Positions 20,555 to 33,300 of a DNA stretch of 38,204 nucleotides are shown here, piece by piece (the first letter of the stretch is position 1; each line of letters starts with the position of its first letter). Where the stretch lies: the NCBI GenBank assembly GCA_023231475.1, contig JALJEE010002290.1:1-38204 (forward strand), in the 5' to 3' direction. Both the position numbers and the translations under genes were made by a program. Source of the stretch: Seison nebaliae (taxonomy: Eukaryota). The notes below the pieces were generated by a model. That model saw only the letters and a list, made by a program, of their open reading frames with translations. It was not told the DNA's origin and made no database searches.

Positions 20555-20966
20555 TATTGGTCCTGATGATCTTCCACTAATTGGACAGGACCAATAGTCT
20601 ATGTACTCCTCCGAGCTGACAGTAATCTTGAAAGGTAATATACTATCAGCTCGGAGTATAATAACCCTTATATAAATTGACCTATTAAGCCCTTATATAA
20701 ATCAGCTTATTAAGCCCTTATATAAATTAGCCTATTAAGCCCTATACAGCAGCATTAACTGAAGCATTGTTACTTCAGCAACTGTGCTGCCAAAACCCTT
20801 ACACAACATTTTGCTTCCTTCGAAGCACCCCCTAGATAAAGATTCAATATTATTCTTTATTGAATCTTAACTGAAATACTTTCCAACTAAAATTGAAAAG
20901 GCTATTGTTGTTCTGTAAACTGATGTTGTTAATTCTACACATCATCATTGGACGTACATCCAATGA
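20555..20966. other. Dense array of stem-loops (candidate structured ncRNA or mobile-element terminus)
   Basis: Stems: 20555-65/20586-96 (11 bp); 20609-19/20646-56 (11 bp plus inner AGTA/TACT); 20749-54/20785-90 with 20759-64/20773-78; 20812-17/20822-27; 20839-49/20858-68 (11 bp); 20921-26/20939-44; 20945-52/20959-66 (8 bp). Confidence 0.7.
20665..20742. repeat. 25-bp tandem repeat, 3 copies, each with a TATATAAA box
   Basis: CCCTTATATAAATTGACCTATTAAG / CCCTTATATAAATCAGCTTATTAAG / CCCTTATATAAATTAGCCTATTAAG starting at 20665, 20690 and 20715. Confidence 0.92.
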
Positions 20967-21304
20967 ATGTCGTTGTGAAATAAAGAGAAATTTATTAAAT
21001 TCTTAAATTGGAAGCTTATCTGTTTTAGGCTTTTCTTCGACAGAATAATGGGAGTAAAACTTATTTATGTTTTTATGGAACTTATATTTTATCTTTCAAT
21101 TATCACCAAGATAAATTGAACGTTTTCTTAAGCTATTCCTTCAAATACTTTTTATTTATTATTTTTATTGGAGAAATGTTTGAAGAAGATCTGACCATGA
21201 TATCTAGATGGAAAATATGACAATAATTTCTAGTATTTGGTAGATAAGTGAATTGAATTTAAAATTGAGGCTGCAGATCAACACGTTAGTTTTAAACGTG
21301 AACG

Positions 21305-24300
21305 ATGATGGATGATGTCTTATATTACGATATTTTCCAACTCTATAAAATAGTTCATGGATTTTCGGACGACAGTGTTCGTTTCTTAGAAAAGGAATTC
21401 ATTGCTCAAAAGTTGACATATATATTATTCAACGAGAGGAAAGATCGACAATTTAGTTTCCTAATCACTTATGGATTGAATATTTTGAATTATTTCATTC
21501 AATTACATATAGACAAACATGGAACTAACCGTCAAAAATTCTTTATTGATTACATATCGATTGCGGCACATTTGGAGAAGTTATCATGTTATTATGTTAA
21601 TTTTAATCGATCACTTATGGAGGAGATGGAATTGGTGAAGGAATTAATTTTTTCGAAAGCGGATACACGTCTTCTCCTCAGTTATCGACGATTGTTATTG
21701 GAATCATCGAATGTCTGGTATCGTCTTTATGACGAAGAATTATTCGATAATATTGAAGGCAATTTATCGATTCGGAATGATATTAAAAGATTGATAAAGA
21801 TTGGAAAGGAAAATTTGTGGGATAAGAAACATTCATCAATTCATCTCGATATTTTTCGTGATGATTTCTATTGGATGGAATTAGAAGCAGAAAAAGAGGT
21901 TAAAGATGGAATAATCAAATGGTTCGCCATGGAAGATGGGAAACGATTACCATTGAATACGTACGAGAATGATCGTGAAATGATTAAGAATAAATTGGTG
22001 AATAATATTACTCTACCGAGAAATTTGAAAGTTTATGGTTCGTTTCTCATATTTCTTTCGAAACAAGAAGATAATATATCACAAATGGAATTGACACGAT
22101 TCCATATGAATGATGAGATAAGAAATCGAGAAATGGAATTAATCAAATTTATTCATCATTCAAATATTCCTGCATTCTTAATTTCGGGTGAAATCGGTTC
22201 AGGAAAAAGTAGTTTTGTGAAATATTTTGCGAATAAATTGAGGAGGAATCTCATCCAAATTCAAATGCATGATTCTCTCGATATCAATTCATTGATTAGT
22301 ACATATCGATTCAATGAATCATCATCGAATGAGATTCAAGTTGTCAACGGAATTTTAGTTGATGCAATGGAGAAAGGAAAGATTGTTCTGATTGAGAATG
22401 TGAATTATGCAAATGAATCAATCATCTCTTTCTTCCTTCATCTTATGAGACAAATGAGAGAATATGAAAACGTTTCCAATGATCCACATAATGCATATGA
22501 AGAAGATCGTTGTTATGGTCGAAGATATCATATTCATCCAGAATTCATGTTATTCTTTACGATCGATAAGAATGAAATGAAAATAGAAAATCGAAATAAT
22601 CTCTTGAAATTTTTGATGAAGGAATTACCATTGATCAATGTATCAGATCATCTTGTTCCCGGATTTGAAGATGGAGGAAATTTAGAGAAATATTTAGAGG
22701 AATTTATTGGGAGAATGTTTAGAAGATTGAAGAGAATTGGTGGAGTGCTCTCACGTGTCTTCCTCCAGATGAAAGAAATAATTGGAGATAATCGAAAAAG
22801 AAATTATCGTCGACAATATACATTCCGTGATATAATTCGATCATGTAATTTATTAATGGAAAGAATTGAAACGAATAAAATCGTTGATATCGATTGTCGT
22901 GAATATATTCCACTCATTTATATCGTTTTATTATCAGTGTATGTGGGACATTTGGGATCATGTGATGAAGAGCGATTGATTGTTCAGAAACGAATTGGAA
23001 CAATTCTACAAATCGATTTCCATCAATTTGATGTATTAGAAAATTATTCATTAGTGACGAATATCCATCATGTTTGTGATGAATGTAGTGCTTATCAGAT
23101 GAATGAGGAGGAAGTGAAAACAGAAACATTTGTAGAGATTGGTGAGAGTCTTCGTTTACTTCAACATCTCAATGTTTGTATTCAATTAAATGAAACGGCA
23201 TTAATTGTAGGAGAAACAGGATGTGGGAAGACGACATGCATCAAATATTTAGCAAGTCAATTTCATCAGAAACTTGTTACCATCAATATGAGTCATGATG
23301 TAGAATCACAAGATCTCATCGGATTTTATCGACCTACTGAAATTCTTTCTATACTTAAAAGAATATTTGATCAATATCTCAAATGGTTCAATATTTGGAT
23401 GAGACTGGCTACATATCTCGATCAACGAACGAGAATTACTCTCAGTAAGAAAGTGGTGAGTACATTAAATCATGTACATGATTGGTTGTGTGAAAATTTC
23501 GAGAAAGTAACACTCCATAATTTTCATACATTCCGTCAACGACTTCGATTCAATTTGGAAATTATATTATTGTTAATGGAACGAGATGAAAATAATCAAA
23601 AAATAGTTCATAATCTTATCGATCAATTAAAGAAGATTTCTTATGGGAAATTGAATAATAATCGACGTCATATTTTTTTTGAATATCAAATCGGAATTTT
23701 AACGACAGCTATCGAGAATGGACATTGGATTCTTTTCGATGAAATAAATATGGCATCTAACGAAACATTACAAGTGATTATACCATTATTAGAAATGAAT
23801 GAACGATTACCATCAATCACTCTCTTCGAACGAGGTGATGAGAAACCGTTGAAGAGACATGAGAATTTCCGAATGTTCGCTACAATGAATCCATCAAGTG
23901 ACGTTGTTAAGAAAGAATTACCACCAGTTATTCATCAGAAATTCTTTGAACATTTCATGACGGAACCGACAGGAAAAAAAGATTTGGAAGAGATCGTATC
24001 GTCATATTTGAAATATTTGAATTCAGATCGTCGTGATCCGATTGTTGAGAAGATCGTTGACATCTATCAAACCATCAAACGACGATCGAAACATGTGACG
24101 GTTTGTTTGAGGAATTTATGTCGTTCAATGAGATCGTTCGCTTCTTTCTTGAAACATTTCACTATAAAACAATCATTATTTCATTCATTACAAATGGCCT
24201 TCGTCACTTCAACATCAGACGAATTAATTCGGAAAGAAATCAGTTCACTTATCAATTCGACGATAGCTGATCTGCCATTACATTTCAATCTTTTTCTCAG

Positions 24301-27300
24301 AAAAGATGATAAATATTTGAATGAAGAGAATTATGAAATGATCGAAGGATTTCCTCTTCGAAGAGTGAATGATCGAAATAAAATAACAGATAATATTATC
24401 AATGAATTATTAAATCGAAATACTACTACTACTATTACATCAGTCACTCCAATGCAACATATTATTACGGAGAGTGTTCGACGGAATGTTGAGATAATTG
24501 CCAGATCGATTTTTGATGAGAATCATTATCCAATGTTATTGGAAGGAGAGACGAGTGTTGGAAAGACATCTGTTATCACATTTATCGCTAATAAATTAGG
24601 TCGTCGATTAACTCGAATTAATAATCATCAATTTATTGATGTGCAGGATTATGTTGGAAGTTATTCGTTGAATGTTAATGGATCAATGAAATTCAATGAA
24701 GGTGCTCTCATTCAAGCGATGAAGAATGGTGATTGGATTCTTCTCGATGAATTGAATTTAGCACCAGCAGCTGTTTTAGAATCTTTGAATTGTCTCCTCG
24801 ATGAAAATAAAGAATTGACGATATCGGAAACGGGCGAAATAGTGAAAGCTCATTCTGATTTCATGTTATTCGGAACTCAAAATCCTGCAGCTCGTTATGG
24901 AGGACGGAAACAATTATCGAGAGCTTTTCGAAATCGATTTATCGAATTGAATATTTACGAACCACCATCATTAGAAATTGTGGAGATTCTCGAGAAACGA
25001 TGGAATATGCCAAAAACATATGCTCGATTATTAGTGAAAGTGTCGAATGAGATCGAGAAACATCGAAGTAAATCAGGAATTGATGCTGGTATGAGACATG
25101 GTTTGGTGACATTAAGAGATTTGTTCCGATGGGCAAATCGATATCGATTAGGTGATATGGAATGGAAAATCGATTGGAAACAATATCTCGCTGATCATGG
25201 AATGATGTTGTTGGGAGAACGTTGTCGAGAGAAAGATGATCGAGAAATGATCCGTCAAATTTTAGAGAAAACCTTTTCCACCAAATTGTCCGATGATCAT
25301 TTATATGGAAAGAATGCCAAATCGAATGTAACGAAAAATATCATAAAAAAATGTTTGAAAATTTTGAAAGATGATGGAATCAAATCAGAATTCCAATTGT
25401 CTTTAACGAAGAATTTATTGAAGACGATCGTTCTCTCCATTGTGGCAATGGAATATCAGGAACCAATATTGTTAGTAGGAGAAACGGGAATTGGAAAAAC
25501 GAGTATTTGTCAATGGATCACTTCTCTCTATTATAATTACGAGAAAATGAATAATAAATTAGATATTATCAATTGTCATTTGAATTCGGAAACATCTGAT
25601 TTTATCGGTACTTTGAGACCATCACGTGGTGGGAAACATTTATTCGAATGGTATGATGGTATACTTGTTAGATGTATGGAAAATGGATATCATCTCTTAA
25701 TCGATGAAATATCGCTAGCTGAAGACGCAGTAATTGAGAGAATCAATTCAGTTTTGGAACCAGAACGAACGATTTATTTAACGGAAAAATTCCATGCTAC
25801 TCAAGAAATGATAGATGATGATAACGATGATGATGATGATGATGATGATGATATAGGAAAGAAACGAAATGCAGAAGATGATAATTGTGAAGGAGAAAAA
25901 CGAATTCGATTAAACGATCCTTCATCAAATCAGGACAAATCTGATCATTCGTTAAATAATCAGACGGTTGATAATGAGAGAATTGTGGAAGAGAAATATG
26001 ATCATATGAAAATTGAATTAAAAGCGAAAAAATCATTCCGTTTATATGCAACAATGAATCCTGCTGGTGATTATGGAAAGAAGGAATTATCGACAGCTCT
26101 CCGAAATCGTTTTACAGAAATTTGGATGGAGGAATCATTCGATATTGATGAATATTTCAATTTGGCAAGTAATCGATTAGTTCGTTCATTAACAAGATTA
26201 CCAAAAGGAACACATGATCGTTTCACTAGAATGTTGGTGGATTTTTGGATGGAATTTAAAGAAGATAAAAATAATTTATTAGCAACAACAACAACAACAA
26301 TAACATTGAGAGATTTTGTGAATTGGATACGTAATGCGATAGGAATTTATGAGAGGAAAACTGATCCATTATTTGGAAATGCTCAATCAATTTTTACAGG
26401 AATTGTCGATTCATTTATGATAACGATTGGTTATTATATTGGGACTGATTATTATACAAATCGATTGGAAGAATTGACGAAACAATTCGTCATTAATCAT
26501 CCACGAGCGAAAGAAAAAAAAATTTATTTATCATATTTAACACGTCAATCCATGTCGATTTTTTCCCCTCAATTCAATTTAACTTTTCCCATTAGACAAC
26601 AATTGAAATCGAATGTTTTTGATTTTACTAACGAAACTGCCCAACGAAATTTACGTCGTCTCATCAAATGTATTTCGGTTGAAGGACGTGCAATTCTTAT
26701 CGAAGGTCCACCAGGTACTGGTAAAACAGCATCAATCGAACGTTTGGGATCATTAATGGATATTGATGTGAGACGAATAAATTTATCGAATCAAACTGAA
26801 TTATCTGATTTATTCGGAAGTGATTTACCTAATATTGATGAGGAAATGATTGTCAATTCACAAGAACAATCGAAAGAATTATTCAAATGGATAGATGGTC
26901 CAATGTTAGCAGGAATGAAGAAAGGTGATTGGATTTTATTAGATGAAATGAATCTCGCTTCACAAGCCGTATTGGAAGGATTGAATAGTTGTCTCGATCA
27001 TCGAGGTGAAGTTTACATTAGTGAATTAGATCGAATATTTAAAATTAATTCACGTTCACGAATTTTCGCTACTCAGAATTCAGCGGAAACATGTATCGGT
27101 CGGAAACATTTGCCAAAATCATTTTTGAATCGTTTCATGAAATTATATTTCGAACAATATCAAATTAGTGACATGAAACAAATTGTAGAAATAAAATATG
27201 GGAAGAAGAATAAGTTCGATCTCTTTAACATCATTCCTCAAATCCTTCAACATTTCCCATCATCTCTTTATCATATCAATATTCGAGATGTGGAGAAATT

Positions 27301-30300
27301 TGCCGTTCTTCCAACTACACAACTCTCAGAACAACAATTGATTATATTATTGAAATATTATTTATCCAATTTATTCAATGTGGATTGTGAGAGAGTTATC
27401 GATGAAATATTTCCAACATATGCAAATCATTTTCAAATGATTCTCTATCATTCTCCTCTCAATCTCATCAAAAAGAGAAAAGATAAATATTATTTAATGA
27501 AAGAAGAAGAAGAAGAAGGAGAAAATGAGGAAGAGAAACAATTGAAATCTTTCGATATCTTCAATTTACCTTATTGGCGTCTTCCTAATAAATTAGATTC
27601 GAATTTCATTCAAATTTTAACAATTTTCAAAAATTGTCTTTCCTCATTCCCTAATCAACTCTACACAATCACATCTGATCTCTTTCCATCTGTCATTCGA
27701 TCACTTCGTATTCTTTCTACTCATTTTCATATAAATTTACTCTCATTCGTTTGTCACAGTGAAATGGAAGCAGATGATTTATTCGGCACTTATGAACAAT
27801 ATAATCTCAATCGAACACTTAACAAATTCCTCGATAATATCTTCCTTCGACAACGCAGTCAGAGTATATTAAAAGAAGAATTACGAGATCTTCGTCAAAC
27901 ACATCGATATTCATCAAATGGGAAAATGATACGAGAGAAATTGATTTGTATCGATCAAATAATCAAATCAGAATTTACGAGTTTGAGGAAAGCGTTCGAG
28001 AGAATGAAAAAAACGTTCCAAATCGATTTGAACACATTCCAATCCGACGAATATAATATGGATCATTTAAAAGGAAAATTTCAATTTGAAGAATCAAAAT
28101 TCCTGGAAATGGTTCGCAAAGGTGGTTGGGTCATTATGGAACATGCGAACTTATGTTCTCCTTCATTTATCGATCGATTGAATTCATTATTCGAAACAAA
28201 AGGAGAATTAATCATTAATGAAAATATTGGAACATATTCGATTCGTGCACATTCAAATTTCCATTTATTTCTTCTCATTCATCCTGATGCTCGAAATGAT
28301 AAACAATTATCAGCTCCACTCATCAGTCGTTCTATTCAATTGAAATTTTGTGAAGAATTGAATGAAGAGAAGAGTATCATTGCAAAACATTATCAATCAT
28401 TATTGACGAATGAAAAACTTTTTCATATTCTTCAAAGAAATTTCAGTTTTGATGTATCGGATGTTTATGATAAAGTGATCGATATTAATTGTTGTGAGAT
28501 TTTATTGAAAGAGAAGAGATTATTCGAATTCGTCTATTTTTATTTGTTCGATGACGATATACGATTAAAAGGCAACGAAACCGTTACTAACATCAAATTA
28601 TCAGGATTCTCATCAATTCTCATCAATTTCCTTTTCAAATTTTACGAAGAGATTCGCGTCGATAAATTATTCTTCGAATATACAATCGATATTATTCTCA
28701 TTCGATCTTATTTCCAATCAAAACGACGTCATCCAATTCTTCATGACATTTATCGATTCCTTAATTTGTATCTAGTCTACCGTTTGTATGGTGCGAGATA
28801 TTTACATTTGTCCATGTTCCGTGGTGTCGATAAAATCGATAGACATTATAATATTCTTATGAATTATATGTGGGAGGAACGTGAAGAGGAGAATGGACAA
28901 TTCCATTCGATGGAATTACCATCATATAATGAACCATTCAATTTCCAGACGAATAATGACGAGAAGAATTCGTTGGAATGTTATTTCAAATTTTTCATAA
29001 TTATTCATCGACTAAAAATTAAATCATACGAATTGTCGATAGAATCTCTCATCGAATTGATCTACCGAACTCGTTCTTCCGTCTACCTCCAATCACTCAG
29101 ACGATTATTAAACGAATATTTGAAATATTTAAAAAATCAAAATTTGTTGGATGTTAATCGAATGAAAAGTTCATTCTCTCAATATTTCCCATCAGAATAT
29201 TCCCATTTCAATAAATGGACGTTAATGCAAACGATTATCGAATTCAATCGATTCGACATCTCACAAATAGAAAAGAAGAAAAAGTTACAACAATTGGACA
29301 TTATGCCAATGGATGATTTTAATCGATTTTCTCTCGACATCATTCGAAAAGATGATTTTTTGAAAATGATTCATAAGAAATTATTTGAAACGATGAAAAA
29401 TGGTGAATTATCAAAAAATATCAAATCGTTACCAATGCCTAATTTGTTGGAGATTTGGAAAGCTGATTTCGATACATTACTACCCAATTATGTATTCGTT
29501 GAAATAGTGAAGAAGTATGCATATTATCAAGTTGATGAGATTAAAGAGAAATTGCTCAATATTTATGAGACAAAAGGAAAACTTCGAAAATCCATTGATA
29601 TGGAACGATGTGAAATGCTTCGACAATTCTATTTCAAAGATAACAACAACAACAACAACAACAATAAGAAGAATAAGGACAAGAAGGAAAATAGTGAAGA
29701 TATGAATAGTGATTTGAGTTTTCATCGATTAACCATCACCGACATCGAATGTGAAAAAGAATTGAATTTTGATATAATTAAATTATCCGAATTAATTCCG
29801 TTTGATGAGTTCAATGTTCTTTATAAAGCGCTCAGTCTTTCACTCTCCAACAATGACGATGTACAATCCAATATGAAACGATTTGTCTTGCCAGTTATTG
29901 ATCGATTGATGGCAGCATATGATTTATCTGGTTTGAAATCGCTCATATATTATCAATTACATATTATCGCTCAATGGCGATTATTTTCACGTCAACAACG
30001 TCGAATGATGCATAATACGTTGATATATGATGGGAATGTATTAAGTGCAAAATTGAATGTACAATTATTGATTTATTATCATTCGGAAATCTCTCCCAAT
30101 TCCAACTTTCTCCAATTGGAAGAGATGCGTCATAAATTTTTATTTCGAAATATTTATATGAATTTAATGGAAATGAAACAAAAAGGATTGACCACTTTCC
30201 ATCATCTCGATGACGAAACTGATGATGGTATCATGGATGATGAGATCATGTCACAAACAATGACAATAAATGACGGAAATTTCGGAGAAGAAAATATTTC

Positions 30301-33300
30301 CGATATATCGTCGATGGATGAAGAGATTTGGGAATTGGTGAAAAATTCAGCTCAATTAATGATGAAATCACAAAAGAATCGAAAGACGATAATGGAAGAT
30401 ATGAAAAATTTGAAAGATATTATCGCACTCTTCTCTCTCTACACTCTCCAACAACAACGGAAGAATATGCCAAATAAACGACACGTATATATGTCAGCAT
30501 TTTGTATGCTTCAAGAATTGATAGCAATGACGAAACAAACGAATGAAGTGAGAAATTCTTTTCTTTTCCTCTCATTCAAACGAATTCTTATCGATCCCAC
30601 CACTTATCATCAATCGATTATTGAACGAAATCGTTCTCGTTATGATGGAAAGAAACGGAATTCAGCCGTCATTGACGTATCGGAGAGATTAGAGAAATTG
30701 ATTGAACAAATTAATTTGAAAGTGAAAGAACTTCTTGAAGTATTCGTCGATGATTCACGATTGGAAGAAATGAAACGGAATTTCTGTGAATATTTCCATC
30801 GAAAACGATCCATTCCAAATATTCTCGTTTGTGCCACTCTTCTCAGGAAACATGTCATCGAATTTAATAAAAACGTTTCAGCAAAACGATCATTCCCAAC
30901 AATCATCATCGATCAATTGAGGAGAATCACAATCCAATGTCGTCAATTGGAATTGGATGATTTGAAAAATATTCTCATCGAAACAGAAAATTCGACTCAT
31001 ATCTTCGCCTTAAAATGGTTTCCAATGCTCATTTCACTCTTCACCATCGACCAATTAGCATGTCGATCCTTCCATGAAATAAAAACGATTATCTTCGATT
31101 TCATAACAAATTCGTCTGTTGGTGAATATCGTCAACGTGTCAATATTTTAGGAATGCTCCTCAATTATTTAAATTATCTAATCAGTGAAGATGATGGTGA
31201 CAAATTAGAAAGGAGATGGAAAATATTGAAATATTTAAGGAAATTTGTGCGTATTCTTTACGAATTCCATTCATATAATTTCATTTTCGAAAATAATGTT
31301 CAAAATTATCGAACATTATCTAACTCGTTTGATGTGAAATTGAAGAGTCAAATTAAAATTCTTTCATCTTTACTCAGCAATTGTTCGATAAGTGACAATT
31401 ATCGTTCGACTATCACAAAATGTTTTGACGTCCAACGAGAATATGGTGCCAGTCTAAAAGAACCGATTCATTCCATACGATGGAATTGGAAACATGTGAA
31501 GAAATTTGATGGAATTTCTTTTTTGAATCAATTTAAATTTGTCTATTATCTCTCTCGTGATGAAAGTCGTTTAATGGTCGATTATTTGAAATATGAACGA
31601 GAAGAATTAAATTTGAAAGAAATGAAAGAATTGACGATATCTCTTTTGAATGATTATGGTGATGAGAGTGGAGAGATTCGACGTCGTGCTCAATCATTCC
31701 AGAAAGAAAGAAAATTAAAGAAATTCGATGAGGAAATTGTTGAAAAGGAGAAAAAAGATTTGGCTCGATCAGCTAATCATCTCCAACAGAATTTCCAATT
31801 AACTCTCAAACAATTATTAGATAATTTATTCAAATTCAAATTATCATATCGGAAAGGTGAACGACTTCTTCATCAATTCGAAAAGACATCATTAACACAA
31901 CTTATATTCAATCATCAAACACTTCATCAATTAATCATTGAACGAGAATTGAAGAAAAAAGAAAGAAAATTTCCATATGTACATCAATGTGAAGAATTGG
32001 GAAATTCTCTCTTGAATTTGGAAGTGATATTACTCAATTCTATTTTCAATAATCCAAATCTTCGTAATAATCGGAAGAAAGAGAAACATAATTTATCGTT
32101 AAAAGGATCGAAGAAATTGATTCATCAACTCACTTCATATCTCATTCATTTCATCGATGAATCATTTAAGGAAATCGTTATGATGGATGAACTTATTAAA
32201 CGATGGAATGAATCGAAAAAACATTTCCATCTTTTCAATTTGATTATCTCATGTAAATCAGTTCGACATTCATATTCGACGGAAATAGAAACGAAAATTT
32301 TTGATAAATTTATCGGTCAACTAATCGAATTACAAACGATTCTTCAGTTCGATAATGAGTCAATAGAACAAACGACATTGTTAACGAAATTAGATTTCTT
32401 CATTGAATTTTTGAACGATGTTCAATGTCAATTAAGTGAATGGAATGTTTTGAGAATGTCGAATAAACATTTGAATTTTATGCCATATTTAATTCGTTTG
32501 AATGAGAAACAAATAAAAGAATTGAATTTGATGAGAGAGATGAAAGAGATAGATATAATTCAATTATTGGATAGAACAATTAATTGTGGAAAGAAATATT
32601 TTGAAGAGAATATTATTAATTCCATTAAATCCAATTTCTCTTATCTCACTTATATTTTAGAAGAGAATTCGACAAATTTCTTGAAGAATTTTCCGAATGA
32701 AGAAGAAGTGATGGAATGTCTCATACATCCGACTTTGAATGAAGCAGAAATATTATTCCGTTGTGAATTACAATCAATATCGAATATTTGGAGGAAACGA
32801 TCAGAAATTGGACGGGAAGATTTGATGGAATTAATGGAATTGAATAATAATCTCTCCAATCGATATGGAGTGGAGAAGTTTTATGTGAAATTCTTGAAAC
32901 TTTCTCTTCAACATCCACAAGAGAATTACGAGGAATTGAAGAAATTATGGAAAGAAGAAATGGATATATTTAATGCGATTTTAAAAGAACATTTTAAACG
33001 TCATTGTGAGAAACGTGAATTGTTAAACGATCTCATCAAATTCATCATTTATTCGAATGAGGAAGATATTTGTAATTTCGAAGGAATTGATCTTTGTTTA
33101 GAAGAAGAGAAACAACAACAACAACAACAACAACAGCAGAGTGGTGATGATGGAAGTGAAACGGAACCGAGTGGAATGGGTGATATTCAAGATGAAGATA
33201 TAATGGATGATGGAACGAAGAATGTATCAGATGAGATACAATGTGAAGAAGAGATCGAAGGTTTACGTAATGACGATAAGGATAAACCGAATGAAATTGA

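Noticed and set aside
20563..20600. Hammerhead ribozyme or C/D snoRNA suggested by CTGATGA
   Set aside because: No GAAA follows the candidate stem II, and no convincing terminal stem pairs this box with a D box.
20277..20742. 42-bp and 25-bp repeats as a CRISPR array
   Set aside because: The units are directly tandem with no unique spacers, the context is eukaryotic, and there are no cas genes.
20661..20805. Telomerase RNA template (TAACCCTTA / AAACCCTTAC)
   Set aside because: It is not a 1.5x permutation of a recognisable telomere repeat, and I could not identify a pseudoknot or H/ACA domain.
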